DNA of 64,000 nucleotides from Acidobacteriota bacterium. Lineage in GTDB: Bacteria > Acidobacteriota > JAAYUB01. A model generated the notes under the pieces. It had not been told where the DNA came from, made no database searches, and saw only the letters and a list, made by a program, of their open reading frames with translations. The first letter of the stretch is position 1. The number at the start of each line of letters is the position of its first letter. The stretch lies in assembly GCA_018001935.1 (NCBI GenBank), contig JAGNHB010000005.1:59618-123617 (forward strand), given 5' to 3'. This document shows positions 1-9,375 of this stretch, in pieces. A program made the translations under genes and the position numbers.

Positions 1-847
1 GGATGAGGCGCTGGGAAACCACCGCCCGGATCGTTTCCGACAGGCGCAGGCGGACGGCCTGCTGCTCGGAGAGGTCGAAGACGCTGAGAATGCGGCTGAT
101 GGACTTGGGGGCGTCGGTGGTGTGGAGGGTGGAAAAGACCAGGTGGCCGGTTTCCGCGGCCTTGATGGCGGTGTCGATGGTCTCCCGGTCCCGCATCTCG
201 CCCACCAGGATCACGTCCGGGTCCTGGCGGAGGGCGGCGCGCAGGGCCCGGGCGAAACTCTCCGTGTCGGATCCCACCTCGCGCTGAATCACCGAGGCCT
301 TGACCTCCCGGTGGAGGTATTCCAGGGGATCCTCGATGGTCACGATCTTGGCGGGCTTGGCGAGGTTGATCTCCCGGACCATGGCCGCCAGCGTGGTGGA
401 TTTGCCGCTGCCCGTGATCCCCGTCAGGAGGACCAGCCCGCGCTCCTCCATGGCGATGTCCCGGATCACGGGGGGCAGCCCCAGCGCCTCGATGGAGGGG
501 GCCTCGAAGGGAATGACGCGCAGGACGATGGAGAAGGTCCCCCGCTGGCGGCAGATGTTGACCCGGAAACGGCAAACCCCGGGGAGGGAGTAGGAACAAT
601 CGAGGTCCTGCAGTACCTGGATGGCTTGATCGAAGTCGCCCTGCAGGTGTACGTGCCCGGAGCGGACGATGTGCCGTACCAGGGCCTCCGCCTCCTCGAT
701 CTTCATGTTGGGCAGGCTCTTGATGGGGACGATGTGCCCGTGGATCCGGTATTTCCACGGGGACCCCACGCTGAGGTGGCAGTCGGAGGCCCCGATCTCC
801 TTCCCCTTCTTCAGCACCTGATCGAACGTATTTACAATCATGTCCAT
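1..847 (-). CDS. pilT: Type IV pilus retraction (twitching motility) ATPase, PilT family; 3' end runs off the window start
   Basis: Absent from the ORF track because there is no stop in the window. My reverse-strand translation from the ATG at 847-845 reads MDMIVNTFDQVLKKGKEIGASDCHLSVG... It contains Walker A GITGSGKSTT, DPDVILVGEMRD (Walker B/Asp box) and GHLVFSTLHT (His box). Confidence 0.85.
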   Translation of the reverse strand, partial: MDMIVNTFDQVLKKGKEIGASDCHLSVGSPWKYRIHGHIVPIKSLPNMKIEEAEALVRHIVRSGHVHLQGDFDQAIQVLQDLDCSYSLPGVCRFRVNICRQRGTFSIVLRVIPFEAPSIEALGLPPVIRDIAMEERGLVLLTGITGSGKSTTLAAMVREINLAKPAKIVTIEDPLEYLHREVKASVIQREVGSDTESFARALRAALRQDPDVILVGEMRDRETIDTAIKAAETGHLVFSTLHTTDAPKSISRILSVFDLSEQQAVRLRLSETIRAVVSQRLI

Positions 848-1134
848 GGATGAGCCCCCTGCGCGTGATCAGCGGTTAATGATATCTTAAGCCTGGTATA
901 ACTGCAAGGAGAACAACCAACCGTCGGCGGAAACCCCCAGCCCGGGTCAAGCGGAAACCACCCGGTCTTTCTTTGCGAGGCTTGGCGGCTTTGCGACTTG
1001 GTGTGAGGCAAGGACAGATTAATTGAAAGCCGAACTGGAAAACGGCCGCGAAATGAGGTAGCATAGCCAATTGTTTTTCCCTCTGCGGGGCCGAAGCGGT
1101 TGTGCCCCGCCAGTTCAATCCGAGGATGACAACC

Positions 1135-3798
1135 ATGAAAGAAACGCTCCCGAAGTCATACGAGCCCGTTGAAGTGGAAACAAAGTGGTACACCTACTGG
1201 GAGAAGAAGGGCCTGTTCAAGCCCACCCCCGAAGGGAACGGCAAGGACCGTTTCTCCATCGTGATCCCCCCGCCCAACGTCACGGGGACCCTCCACATCG
1301 GGCACGCCTTCTGCTTCACCCTGCACGATGTCATCGTCCGCTGGAAACGGATGCGCGGCTACGACACCCTCTGGCTGCCGGGGACCGACCACGCCGGCAT
1401 CGCCACCCAGAACGTGGTGGAGAAGACCCTCCGCCAGGGCGAGGGCAAGACCCGCCAGGACCTGGGCCGGGAGGCCTTCGAGAAGCGGGTGTGGCAGTGG
1501 AAGGAGGAGTACGGCGGCCGGATCCTGGGGCAGCTCCGGAAGCTGGGGACCTCCTGCGACTGGGAACGCCTGCGCTTCACCCTGGACCACGGCCTCTCCC
1601 GGGCGGTCCGCGAGGTTTTCGTGCGGCTCTACGAGGAAGGCCTGATCTACAAGGGCGAGTACATTGTCAACTGGTGCCCCCGCTGCGGCACGGCCATCTC
1701 CGACCTCGAGACCCAGTACGAGACCCTCGAGGGCAAGCTCTGGTACATCCGCTACCCGGTGAAGGGGCGCCCCGGCGAGTTCGTCACCGTGGCCACCACC
1801 CGGCCCGAGACCATGCTGGGGGACACCGGCGTGGCCATGAACCCGGCCGATGAGCGCTTCGCCCACCTGCGGGGAGCCACGGTGATCCTCCCCCTCCTCG
1901 GCCGGGAGATCCCCCTCGTCGAGGACGAGATGGTGGCCATGGACTTCGGCACGGGCATGGTGAAGGTGACGCCCTCCCACGACCCCAACGACTTCCTCAC
2001 GGGGCAGCGGCACCACCTGCCCTTCGTGCGGGTCATCGACGAGCACGGCCGAATGACGGCCGCCGCCGGGCCCTTTGCCGGCCTGGAGCGCTACGCCTGC
2101 CGGGCGGCGGTCCTGGAGAAACTGGAGGCGGAGGGCCTGCTGGAGAAGGTGGAGAAGCACGTCCACAACGTCGGGCACTGCCAGCGCTGCACGACGGTGG
2201 TGGAACCGCTGGTCTCCAGCCAGTGGTTCGTCAAGGTCAAGCCCCTGGCGGACCGGGCCGTGGAAGCCGTCGAGAAGGGGTTGACCCGGTTCGTTCCCCC
2301 GCGCTACGAGAAGACCTTCTTCACGTGGATGGCGGACATCCACGACTGGTGCATCTCCCGCCAGCTCTGGTGGGGGCACCGCATCCCGGCCTGGTTCTGC
2401 CCCGCCTGCGAGCGGTACACCGTCGCCCGGACCGACCCGGACACGTGCGCACACTGCGGTTCGCCCTCCATCCGCCAGGAGGAGGACGTGCTGGACACCT
2501 GGTTCTCCTCCGCCCTCTGGCCCTTCTCCACGCTGGGCTGGCCGGAGCGGACCCGGGACCTCGAGCGCTTCTACCCCACCGACCTGCTCATCACCGGGTA
2601 CGACATCATCTTCTTCTGGGTCGCCCGGATGATCATGATGGGGATGAAGTTCATGGACGACGCCCCTTTCCGGACCGTCTACATCCACGGGCTGGTGCGG
2701 GACGAGCACAACCAGAAGATGAGCAAGTCGAAGGGGAACGCCCTGGACCCGCTCGAGATCATGTCCAAGTACGGGACCGACGCCGTCCGCTTCACCCTGG
2801 CCATCATGGCCATGCCCGGCAGCGACCTCCCCTTCAGCATGGACCGCATGGTGGGCTACCGGGCCTTCGCCAACAAGATCTGGAACGCCGCGCGTTTCCT
2901 GGTCATGAAGATGCCCGACGACATGGCGCCGGTGGACGAGGCACGGATCCGCGAACTCCTGGCCGGCGGGACGCTGGACGAGACGGACCGGTGGGTCCTC
3001 CACCGGCTGAACGAAACCACCGCGACCATGAACGCCTCGCTGGACGACTTCCTCTGCCACGAGGCGGCGGACGCCATCTACCACTTCTTCTGGCACGAGT
3101 TCTGCGACTGGTACATCGAGTTCGCCAAGCCGCGGCTGGCCGAGGACGCCCCCCGGCGGGCCGAGACCCTCGACCTGCTCCTCTATGTCCTGGACCGGAG
3201 CCTGCGGCTGCTTCACCCCTTCATGCCCTTCATCACCGAGGAGATCTGGCAGAAACTGCCGCGGGAGGGGGAGTCCGTCATGGTCGCCCGCTTCCCGGAG
3301 GCCCTGTCCGGGATGGAGTGCCCCGACGCCGTGCGGCACGTGGAGTTCCTCAAGGAGTTCGTGACGGCCGTCCGGACCATCCGGGCGGAGAACAACATCC
3401 CGCCGGGCAAGCGCCTGCCGCTGGAGTTCGAGGGCGGGGACGAGGCGGCGGCCTCCCTGGCCCTTTTCGACGCGGAGATCCGGCAGCTGGGCGTCCTGGA
3501 CGGCCTCCGCCGGTCGAGCCCCCTCACCGATGCCCCGGGGGCCCTCAAGGGGGCCTGCCCCGGGGTGCGCTTCCAGCTCCTGGCGGAACCGGCGGCCGAC
3601 CCCGGGGCCGAGCGCGACCGGCTCCACCGCGAGATCCGGAAGCTCGAGGACGAACTGCTCAAGATCGAGGTCAAGCTCGCCAACGCCGACTTCCTCGCCA
3701 AGGCCCCGGCGGACGTGGTGGCGAAGAACCGGAAAAAGCAGGCGGAACTCGACGAGAAGGCCGCCACCCTCCGCGCCGCCCTGGCCCTGCTGGGATGA
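1135..3798 (+). CDS. valS: Valine--tRNA ligase
   Basis: The 898-aa ORF spans 1102..3798. It has the class I HIGH-type motif (TLHIGHAF), KMSKS, and a C-terminal coiled-coil typical of ValRS. The ATG at 1135 (MKETLPKSYEP) is the most plausible start; GTG 1102 and ATG 1126 are alternatives. Confidence 0.95.
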   Translation: MKETLPKSYEPVEVETKWYTYWEKKGLFKPTPEGNGKDRFSIVIPPPNVTGTLHIGHAFCFTLHDVIVRWKRMRGYDTLWLPGTDHAGIATQNVVEKTLRQGEGKTRQDLGREAFEKRVWQWKEEYGGRILGQLRKLGTSCDWERLRFTLDHGLSRAVREVFVRLYEEGLIYKGEYIVNWCPRCGTAISDLETQYETLEGKLWYIRYPVKGRPGEFVTVATTRPETMLGDTGVAMNPADERFAHLRGATVILPLLGREIPLVEDEMVAMDFGTGMVKVTPSHDPNDFLTGQRHHLPFVRVIDEHGRMTAAAGPFAGLERYACRAAVLEKLEAEGLLEKVEKHVHNVGHCQRCTTVVEPLVSSQWFVKVKPLADRAVEAVEKGLTRFVPPRYEKTFFTWMADIHDWCISRQLWWGHRIPAWFCPACERYTVARTDPDTCAHCGSPSIRQEEDVLDTWFSSALWPFSTLGWPERTRDLERFYPTDLLITGYDIIFFWVARMIMMGMKFMDDAPFRTVYIHGLVRDEHNQKMSKSKGNALDPLEIMSKYGTDAVRFTLAIMAMPGSDLPFSMDRMVGYRAFANKIWNAARFLVMKMPDDMAPVDEARIRELLAGGTLDETDRWVLHRLNETTATMNASLDDFLCHEAADAIYHFFWHEFCDWYIEFAKPRLAEDAPRRAETLDLLLYVLDRSLRLLHPFMPFITEEIWQKLPREGESVMVARFPEALSGMECPDAVRHVEFLKEFVTAVRTIRAENNIPPGKRLPLEFEGGDEAAASLALFDAEIRQLGVLDGLRRSSPLTDAPGALKGACPGVRFQLLAEPAADPGAERDRLHREIRKLEDELLKIEVKLANADFLAKAPADVVAKNRKKQAELDEKAATLRAALALLG

Positions 3799-3818
3799 CG
3801 GGAGTTCGCCTCTCGCAA

Positions 3819-3984
3819 AGTCGCCAAGGCGCAAAGCCTCGCAAAGCCATGATTTCTGGCGGTTTTTGGACGCAATTTACATTTCTTTGCCCGTCCCGAT
3901 GCGTATCGTAAGGGAAAACAGGCTTCCGCATCCCGCCAGGGATGCGATGTTTGCAGGCTTGGCGCCTTCGCGGCTTTGCGAGAG
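3819..3984. repeat. CGCAAAG-word inverted repeat (long imperfect hairpin, ~36-bp arms, ~100-nt lower-GC loop) just downstream of valS
   Basis: The left arm is CCTCTCGCAAAGTCGCCAAGGCGCAAAGCCTCGCAAAGCC. The right arm is GTTTGCAGGCTTGGCGCCTTCGCGGCTTTGCGAGAGG, its imperfect reverse complement. The same word family occurs at ~37751, ~39945, ~52661 and ~54680. Confidence 0.75.
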
Positions 3985-4024
3985 GCCGGGACCGCCGTCC
4001 AGTCTCCGGGAGGCGCTTTCCTGA

Positions 4025-4435
4025 ATGTGGGGATACACGATTCTTGACTTTCTTTTTCTGGCCTTCCACACGGCGCTGATCGTCTTCAACCTCTTCGGGT
4101 GGGCGTGGAAGCCGACCCGGAAGGCCAACCTCGTCACCCTTCTGCTGACGGGCGCCTCGTGGTTCCTCCTGGGCCTCTGGTACGGGGTGGGGTTCTGCCC
4201 CCTCACCGAGTGGCACTTCCAGGTCCTGGAGAAACTCGGCCACCGGGGGTTGCCCGTCTCCTACGTCAAGTACCTGGCGGACCGGTTGACGGGCCTCGAC
4301 TTCGACCCCGGCCTGGTGGACACCCTCACCGCGGCGTGCTTCGGGGCGGCGCTCGTCGCGTCCGTCGTCGCCAACCGCCGATGGATCCGCGGCGGGTTCC
4401 GGGTCAAAACCACTAATTTCACTAATTCTCACTAA
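4025..4435 (+). CDS. Small integral membrane protein (DUF2784-like); last ~9 codons encoded by repeat DNA
   Basis: The 136-aa ORF has about 4 hydrophobic segments (FLFLAFHTALIVFNLFGW, LVTLLLTGASWFLLGLWYGVGF, CFGAALVASVV). The family assignment is from memory of similar proteins. The tail KTTNFTNSH is coded by CACTAAT repeat words. Confidence 0.65.
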   Translation: MWGYTILDFLFLAFHTALIVFNLFGWAWKPTRKANLVTLLLTGASWFLLGLWYGVGFCPLTEWHFQVLEKLGHRGLPVSYVKYLADRLTGLDFDPGLVDTLTAACFGAALVASVVANRRWIRGGFRVKTTNFTNSH

Positions 4436-4553
4436 ATCAGAGGGAGGGGGAAGCGACGGCCTCGGAAGGATGACGGTTGACGTAATAACCGGTTTCAGGG
4501 CCTGACATCCATGTCCTTATAACCATTAGTGGAGATTAGTGTTCTTAGTGGTT
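4406..4553. repeat. CACTAAT-word inverted repeat
   Basis: The left arm AAAACCACTAATTTCACTAATTCTCACTAA lies at 4406-4435. The right arm ATTAGTGGAGATTAGTGTTCTTAGTGGTT lies at 4525-4553. The arms are three ~9-nt degenerate tandem words. Confidence 0.8.
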
Positions 4554-4620
4554 CAGCCCGGAAGGGCCGACCTCGAGGACGGGTCTGAAATTCCGTTCGC
4601 GTGGTTGGTGTGGTTCGGGG

Positions 4621-5514
4621 TTGATGGCCGGATCGGCTCGGACAACGAGGAGGTGGAGCGTGGTTTCAAGAGACGTTTGTGGTTATGAACCCGATCCCGC
4701 AATGCTGGACGGTTGGCGATTCGTCCGGCGGGTGGTTTCGTGGTCCGTCACCGATTCCACCAACGCCCGGGCGCTGGAGATGGCCCGGCGGAGGGAGGCC
4801 GGGCCCGGGACGCTGCTGCTGGCGGGCGAGCAGACGGCCGGGCGGGGACGGGTGGGTCACGACTGGCACTCGGCGCCCGACACCGGGGTCTACGCCACCC
4901 TGGTCTTGGCCCCCGCCGACTTCCAGCCGAAAGGCGCGTGGGGCGTTTCGGGCGGCGCAAGCCGTGATTTCCAGCCCGGGTGGCTCACCCTGGCGGCGGG
5001 CGTGGCCGTTCACCGGGCGTTGTCGGCACTGATCGGCCCCGACGCCGAGGGGGCCCTCGACCTGAAGTGGCCCAACGACGTGCTCTGGAACGGGCGGAAG
5101 GTCTGCGGCATCCTGGCGGAGTCCGAGGCGGTCGACGGCGGGATCGCCTTCGTGGTGCTGGGGATCGGCATCAATGTCGGCCAGGAGCGTTTTCCCGACG
5201 CGATCCGGGACCGTGCGGTTTCCCTGCGGACGATCACCGGCATCGGCTTTTCCCGGCGCGACGTCCTGGCCCGGGTGCTGGACGCCCTCGATGCCGCCCT
5301 GGCCGCGCTGGCCCAGGGGAGGGCCGGCGGGGTCCTGGCGGAGTGGGAGCGTCGGTCCACCTACGCCCGCGGGCGGCGGGTGGAGGCCCGGACGCCGGGG
5401 GGCGCCCTCCGCGGCGTCACCGACGGCCTCGACCCCGACGGGGCCCTGCGGCTCCGCGCCCCGGACGGGACCGTTCACCTCGTCCACGGCGGGGAGATCG
5501 TCGACTGGGCCTGA
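4621..5514 (+). CDS. birA: Biotin--[acetyl-CoA-carboxylase] ligase (class I, no N-terminal HTH evident)
   Basis: It carries the GRGRVGHDWHS biotin-binding loop motif, then GVYATLVL, KWPNDV and a C-terminal SH3-like tail. The real start is probably the ATG at 4702 (MLDGWRFV...). Confidence 0.85.
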   Translation: MMAGSARTTRRWSVVSRDVCGYEPDPAMLDGWRFVRRVVSWSVTDSTNARALEMARRREAGPGTLLLAGEQTAGRGRVGHDWHSAPDTGVYATLVLAPADFQPKGAWGVSGGASRDFQPGWLTLAAGVAVHRALSALIGPDAEGALDLKWPNDVLWNGRKVCGILAESEAVDGGIAFVVLGIGINVGQERFPDAIRDRAVSLRTITGIGFSRRDVLARVLDALDAALAALAQGRAGGVLAEWERRSTYARGRRVEARTPGGALRGVTDGLDPDGALRLRAPDGTVHLVHGGEIVDWA

Positions 5515-5690
5515 GGCCGCGGGCCCGGAGGATCACCACGAACCACACGGACCACACGAACGGTGAAGGACGAATGGGGCTTCTTGCGGATTCCCTCAGA
5601 AAGCGGCATCGACGCCGGATTCTTCCCCGGTGCCCACGAAGGTGATTCCATAAAAATCCGTGTCAATCCGTGTTCATCCGTGGTTTAATA

Positions 5691-6023
5691 ATGTCGGAGG
5701 AGAGAATGGACGGCCGTGAACTGATCAACCGGGTCGCCGACGTGCTCCGACAGCGCTTCGGGGATGTCATCGGCCCCGTGATCCTCTTTGGCTCGCGAGC
5801 AAGTGCCCGAGCTTTGCCCGACTCGGATTTCGATATCCTCGTCGTGCTCAATTCCCGTTTCGACTGGCGAGTGGAGAATGCCATCCTCGATGCCTGCTTC
5901 GAGCTGGATCTCGAATACGACATCCTGTCCGATGTCAAGGTGATCTCTCGTGAGGACCTGGACACCTGGAAAGGAAAACAGCCGTTCATCCTGAAGGCAT
6001 TCAGTGAGGGTATCTCGGCATGA
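5691..6023 (+). CDS. mntA: Nucleotidyltransferase-domain protein (MNT-type antitoxin of HEPN/MNT module)
   Basis: It has the minimal NTase signature GSRASARALPDSDFDILVV (G-S ... D-x-D). It is small (110 aa from the ATG at 5691). Its stop overlaps the start of the HEPN gene in an ATGA overlap. Confidence 0.8.
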   Translation: MSEERMDGRELINRVADVLRQRFGDVIGPVILFGSRASARALPDSDFDILVVLNSRFDWRVENAILDACFELDLEYDILSDVKVISREDLDTWKGKQPFILKAFSEGISA

Positions 6024-6433
6024 ACCTGACGCCGGATGAGTTGCTTGTTCTGGTCGGCCACAAAATGCAAAGGGCTTCGGAAGCCCTGCGGGACGCTCGA
6101 TTTTTACTGGAGAACAAGCGGAATGCACTGGCCGTCAACCGGGTCTATTACGGGATGTTCTATGCTCTTTCCGCTTTCGCGTTGAAAAAGGGGTTCGCAT
6201 CTTCCAAACATCAACCGCTGATCAGTTGGTTCAATCAGGGTTTTGTCAAAACCGGCAGGGTTGATGGACGATTCGGAAAGGCTCTGCACAGGGCTTACGA
6301 CAAGCGTTCTTTCGCGGACTACGCCGATTATGTGGTCTTCAGCGAAGCGGAAGTCCAGGCGATGATACAGGACCTGGACGAATTCATCACCGAGATGGGC
6401 CGCCTGATCAGTCAGGAGGCTGCGAATCATTAA
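6020..6433 (+). CDS. hepT: HEPN-domain protein (toxin partner of MNT)
   Basis: This 137-aa all-helical protein reads ASEALRDARFLLENKRNALAVNRVYYGMFYA...ADY, consistent with the HEPN fold. It has a 4-nt overlap with the upstream NTase gene. Confidence 0.75.
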   Translation: MNLTPDELLVLVGHKMQRASEALRDARFLLENKRNALAVNRVYYGMFYALSAFALKKGFASSKHQPLISWFNQGFVKTGRVDGRFGKALHRAYDKRSFADYADYVVFSEAEVQAMIQDLDEFITEMGRLISQEAANH

Positions 6434-6524
6434 CCGGCGAGGGTTCATCCGTGGTTAATAACGCGCGTATCCGCGGAACTTTCCTTTCGTGGAGGAAGCG
6501 CGGCCTGGAGGAGGAATAAATCGA

Positions 6525-7451
6525 ATGCTGTCCAGTCTGTTCAACAAGCTGAAGACCGCCGTCAAGTCCACCACGGACAACCTGGCGGGGAAGATCGGGG
6601 ACCTGTTCCTCGGGAAGAAGAAGATCGACGCCGAGGTCCTCGACCAGCTGGAGGCGATCCTGATCGGCGCCGACATCGGGGTGCCGGTCACGATGGAGAT
6701 CCTGGAGCGGGCCCGGAAGGAGATCGGCCGCAACGCCCTCAACGACATGGACCAGCTCGTGGCCGTCATCAAGGACACCCTCCGGGGGATCCTCGAGCGG
6801 CCGGCGGCCGAGGACAAGGCCCTGGCGGCGGCGCCTCCGGGCGTCGTCTTCGTGGTGGGGGTGAACGGCGTCGGCAAGACCACCACCATCGGCAAGCTGG
6901 CCAACCGCTACATCCTGGGCGGCCGGAAAGTCGTGGTCTGCGCCGCGGACACCTTCCGGGCGGCGGCCATCGAGCAGCTCGAGATCTGGGCCCAGCGCTC
7001 CGGCGCCGTCATCGTGCGGAAGTCTCACGGCGCGGACCCGTCCGCCGTGCTTTACGAGTCCGTCGACCGGGCCCGGGCCGACGGGGCCGACCTGGTGATC
7101 GTGGACACCGCCGGCCGGCTTCACACCAAGCACAACCTGATGAAAGAGCTGGAGAAGATGCGCAACATCGCGGGGAAGCGGGTCCCCGGCGCCCCCCACG
7201 AGGTGTACCTGATCATCGACGCCACCACCGGCCAGAACGGCCTCAACCAGGCCCGGGAGTTCCTCCGGACCACGGGCGTGACCGGCCTCGTCGTCACCAA
7301 GCTGGACGGGACGGCCAAGGGCGGCGTCGTGGTGGCCATCTCCCGGGAACTCAACCTCCCCATCCGCTACGTCGGCATCGGGGAGAAGATGGACGACCTC
7401 ATCGAGTTCAACGTGGACGACTACGTCGAATCCATCTTCAGCCGGAACTGA
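6525..7451 (+). CDS. ftsY: Signal recognition particle receptor FtsY
   Basis: It has the SRP GTPase motifs GVNGVGKTTTIGKLA, DTAGR and TKLDGTAKGG. The ATG at 6525 (MLSSLFNKLK) is in frame within ORF 6489..7451. Confidence 0.95.
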   Translation: MLSSLFNKLKTAVKSTTDNLAGKIGDLFLGKKKIDAEVLDQLEAILIGADIGVPVTMEILERARKEIGRNALNDMDQLVAVIKDTLRGILERPAAEDKALAAAPPGVVFVVGVNGVGKTTTIGKLANRYILGGRKVVVCAADTFRAAAIEQLEIWAQRSGAVIVRKSHGADPSAVLYESVDRARADGADLVIVDTAGRLHTKHNLMKELEKMRNIAGKRVPGAPHEVYLIIDATTGQNGLNQAREFLRTTGVTGLVVTKLDGTAKGGVVVAISRELNLPIRYVGIGEKMDDLIEFNVDDYVESIFSRN

Positions 7452-7639
7452 CCGGAGAGACACCATGAGGCTGCCGGTGGCCATCCTCGGTTTCGAGCCC
7501 GGCGAAGCGGGCCGGGCCGGGGTGCTGCCGCCGGGCCGGGGCCGCGAAGCCCGGGCGCCCCGCCGGGTCGGCCTGAAACCGCCCCTTCCCCACGACCCGG
7601 GCTCGGCCGTCCCGGCGCCCGTCGCGAGGTGAGGCCTCC

Positions 7640-8740
7640 GTGGCCCCCCGGAAACCCATCCGCATCGACCCCCGGCGACGGACCGTCGCCGTCGGGGGGG
7701 TTGAAACCCTGGGGGAAGCCCTGATGGCGGTCCCGTCGCTGCGGGAGATCCGCCGTCACCACGAGGGGGTCCGGTTGCTCCTGGTGGCCCCCGCGTCGAT
7801 CGCCAACCTGCTCCGCACCCTGGGGGAGACCGACGATTCGGTGACGTGGAAGACCGACGCCCTGCGGCGGCGCGAGATCCGGGGCACGTTCCGCCTGTGG
7901 AAGGCGGTTCGCCGGAAGCGACCGGGCGTGTTCGTGGGCTTCCGAACGGACCTTCAGACCCGACTGACAGGCCTGGCCTCGGGGGCGAAGCACCGGATCG
8001 GGCACGTGACGGGGCTGTGGTCCCCGCTCCTGACCCGAAGCGTCCGGCTGCCCGAGGAGCTTCGCCGCTTCCACCAGGTCTACCTTCACCTCCAGCTTCT
8101 GCACGAGTCCGGCTTGTCTCCCGTCAACTACCTGAAGGAGCCCCAATTCCGGCCCGACCTCCGGGTCCGCCTGACGGAGCCGCTCGTCCAGACCGCCCGC
8201 GAAGCGCTCGCCAAGCTCGGGGTCGACCCGCGGAACCCCCTGATCGGGCTCTTCGCCGGGTCCGCCGGCTCCTCGGCGGGGCGGTGGCTGCCGGAGCGCT
8301 ACGCGGCCGTCCTCCGGAAGCTGCGCCATCGCATCCCCTTCAACGTGATCCTCTTCGGGGCGAGGGGTGACCGGGCCATCGCCGACCTGGTCATCCAGGA
8401 GTGCGACGGGACGAACCTCTTCAACGCGTGCGGGACCCTCGGCCTGGTGGAGACCGCGGCCCTCATCGCCACCTGCCGGCTCTTCGTCGGGACGGACTCC
8501 GGGATGATGCACCTCGCCGCCGCCTTCGACGTGCCCCAGGTGGCCCTCTTCGGCCCCACGGACCCCGTTATCGGCGGCCCCTTCTCGAATCGGGCCGTCT
8601 CCCTGAGGAAGAACATCTGCGGGCCGTGCTTCACCACGGTGTGCCCCATCGACCGGCGGTGCATGAAGGCGGTGACCATGGAGGAAGTGGTCAAGCGGGC
8701 GCGGGAACTGCTTCAGAAGGAGTATTCCCCGGACGTGTGA
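7640..8740 (+). CDS. Glycosyltransferase family 9 (heptosyltransferase-like)
   Basis: It has the C-terminal GT9 signature CGTLGLVETAALIATCRLFVGTDSGMMHLAAAFDVPQVALFGPTDP. The start is a GTG and is uncertain. Confidence 0.8.
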   Translation: MAPRKPIRIDPRRRTVAVGGVETLGEALMAVPSLREIRRHHEGVRLLLVAPASIANLLRTLGETDDSVTWKTDALRRREIRGTFRLWKAVRRKRPGVFVGFRTDLQTRLTGLASGAKHRIGHVTGLWSPLLTRSVRLPEELRRFHQVYLHLQLLHESGLSPVNYLKEPQFRPDLRVRLTEPLVQTAREALAKLGVDPRNPLIGLFAGSAGSSAGRWLPERYAAVLRKLRHRIPFNVILFGARGDRAIADLVIQECDGTNLFNACGTLGLVETAALIATCRLFVGTDSGMMHLAAAFDVPQVALFGPTDPVIGGPFSNRAVSLRKNICGPCFTTVCPIDRRCMKAVTMEEVVKRARELLQKEYSPDV

Positions 8741-9279
8741 GCGTCGGCCAGCGCGAGGAGTTCCGGGTCCCCCAGGCGCTCGAGGACGCGCCGGGTCAGC
8801 CGGTGCACGCGGGTTTCCTCGGGGAGGCGCTCCGTTTCGGGGGCGTCGTAGTCCGCCTGGTGGAAAAACCGGGCGATGTGGACCAACTCGTGGGTCAGGA
8901 TGAGCAGGAGGAGGCGGTCGAAGTCGGCCTCGGGCCGGCCGGACGTCAACCGGAGGATGTTGGCGTCGTAGAGGACGATGGCGTAGACATCCTGGCACGG
9001 GGGCCCGCCGGCGGGTTTCGCCTCTTGGGCGGCCGCCCCCCGGGGCACGCTCCGGGCCACCTCCGCCAGGACGTGGGGGGGGCGGGGCGGGACACCGGGC
9101 CCCAGGTCCCGCGCCGTCCGCAGGTCGAAGCCGTAGTGGAACCACTCCCGGGGGGAAAAACGGTAGTAGGCCTCGAGGCATTCCACGGCTTTCGACAGGC
9201 TCCGGTGAATGCGCCCGATTTCGGAAGGATTGAAACGGCGGCCTTCATGCGTCACGTTCAAGGCTCGTTTCCTCCGCAC
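8713..9279 (-). CDS. Hypothetical protein with HExxH motif (possible zinc-dependent hydrolase)
   Basis: The 188-aa ORF has protein-like composition. It carries LTHELVHIARFF (HExxH). It converges on the GT9 gene and overlaps its 3' end by 28 nt. Confidence 0.5.
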   Translation of the reverse strand: MRRKRALNVTHEGRRFNPSEIGRIHRSLSKAVECLEAYYRFSPREWFHYGFDLRTARDLGPGVPPRPPHVLAEVARSVPRGAAAQEAKPAGGPPCQDVYAIVLYDANILRLTSGRPEADFDRLLLLILTHELVHIARFFHQADYDAPETERLPEETRVHRLTRRVLERLGDPELLALADAHTSGEYSF

Positions 9280-9375
9280 GATCTGCCAGAAACGAATACG
9301 GACCGTTTTCAGCCCGCGGGCGCTTGCCGAGGGAATTTCTTACCACAAAGAACGCAAGGAACACAAAGAATAATG

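Larger units (their letters stand above)
5672..6461 (+). mobile_element. Putative acquired MNT-HEPN cassette bounded by 19-20 bp direct repeats
   Basis: GTTCATCCGTGGTTTAATAA at 5672-5691 is repeated as GTTCATCCGTGGTTAATAA at 6443-6461. The enclosed DNA is visibly lower in G+C than the flanks (by eye, not computed). Confidence 0.4.

Noticed and set aside
7465-7632. 55-codon ORF between ftsY and the GT9 gene
   Set aside because: It has Gly/Pro/Arg/Ala-rich composition and no motif. It is probably an untranslated spacer or a mis-placed GT9 start.
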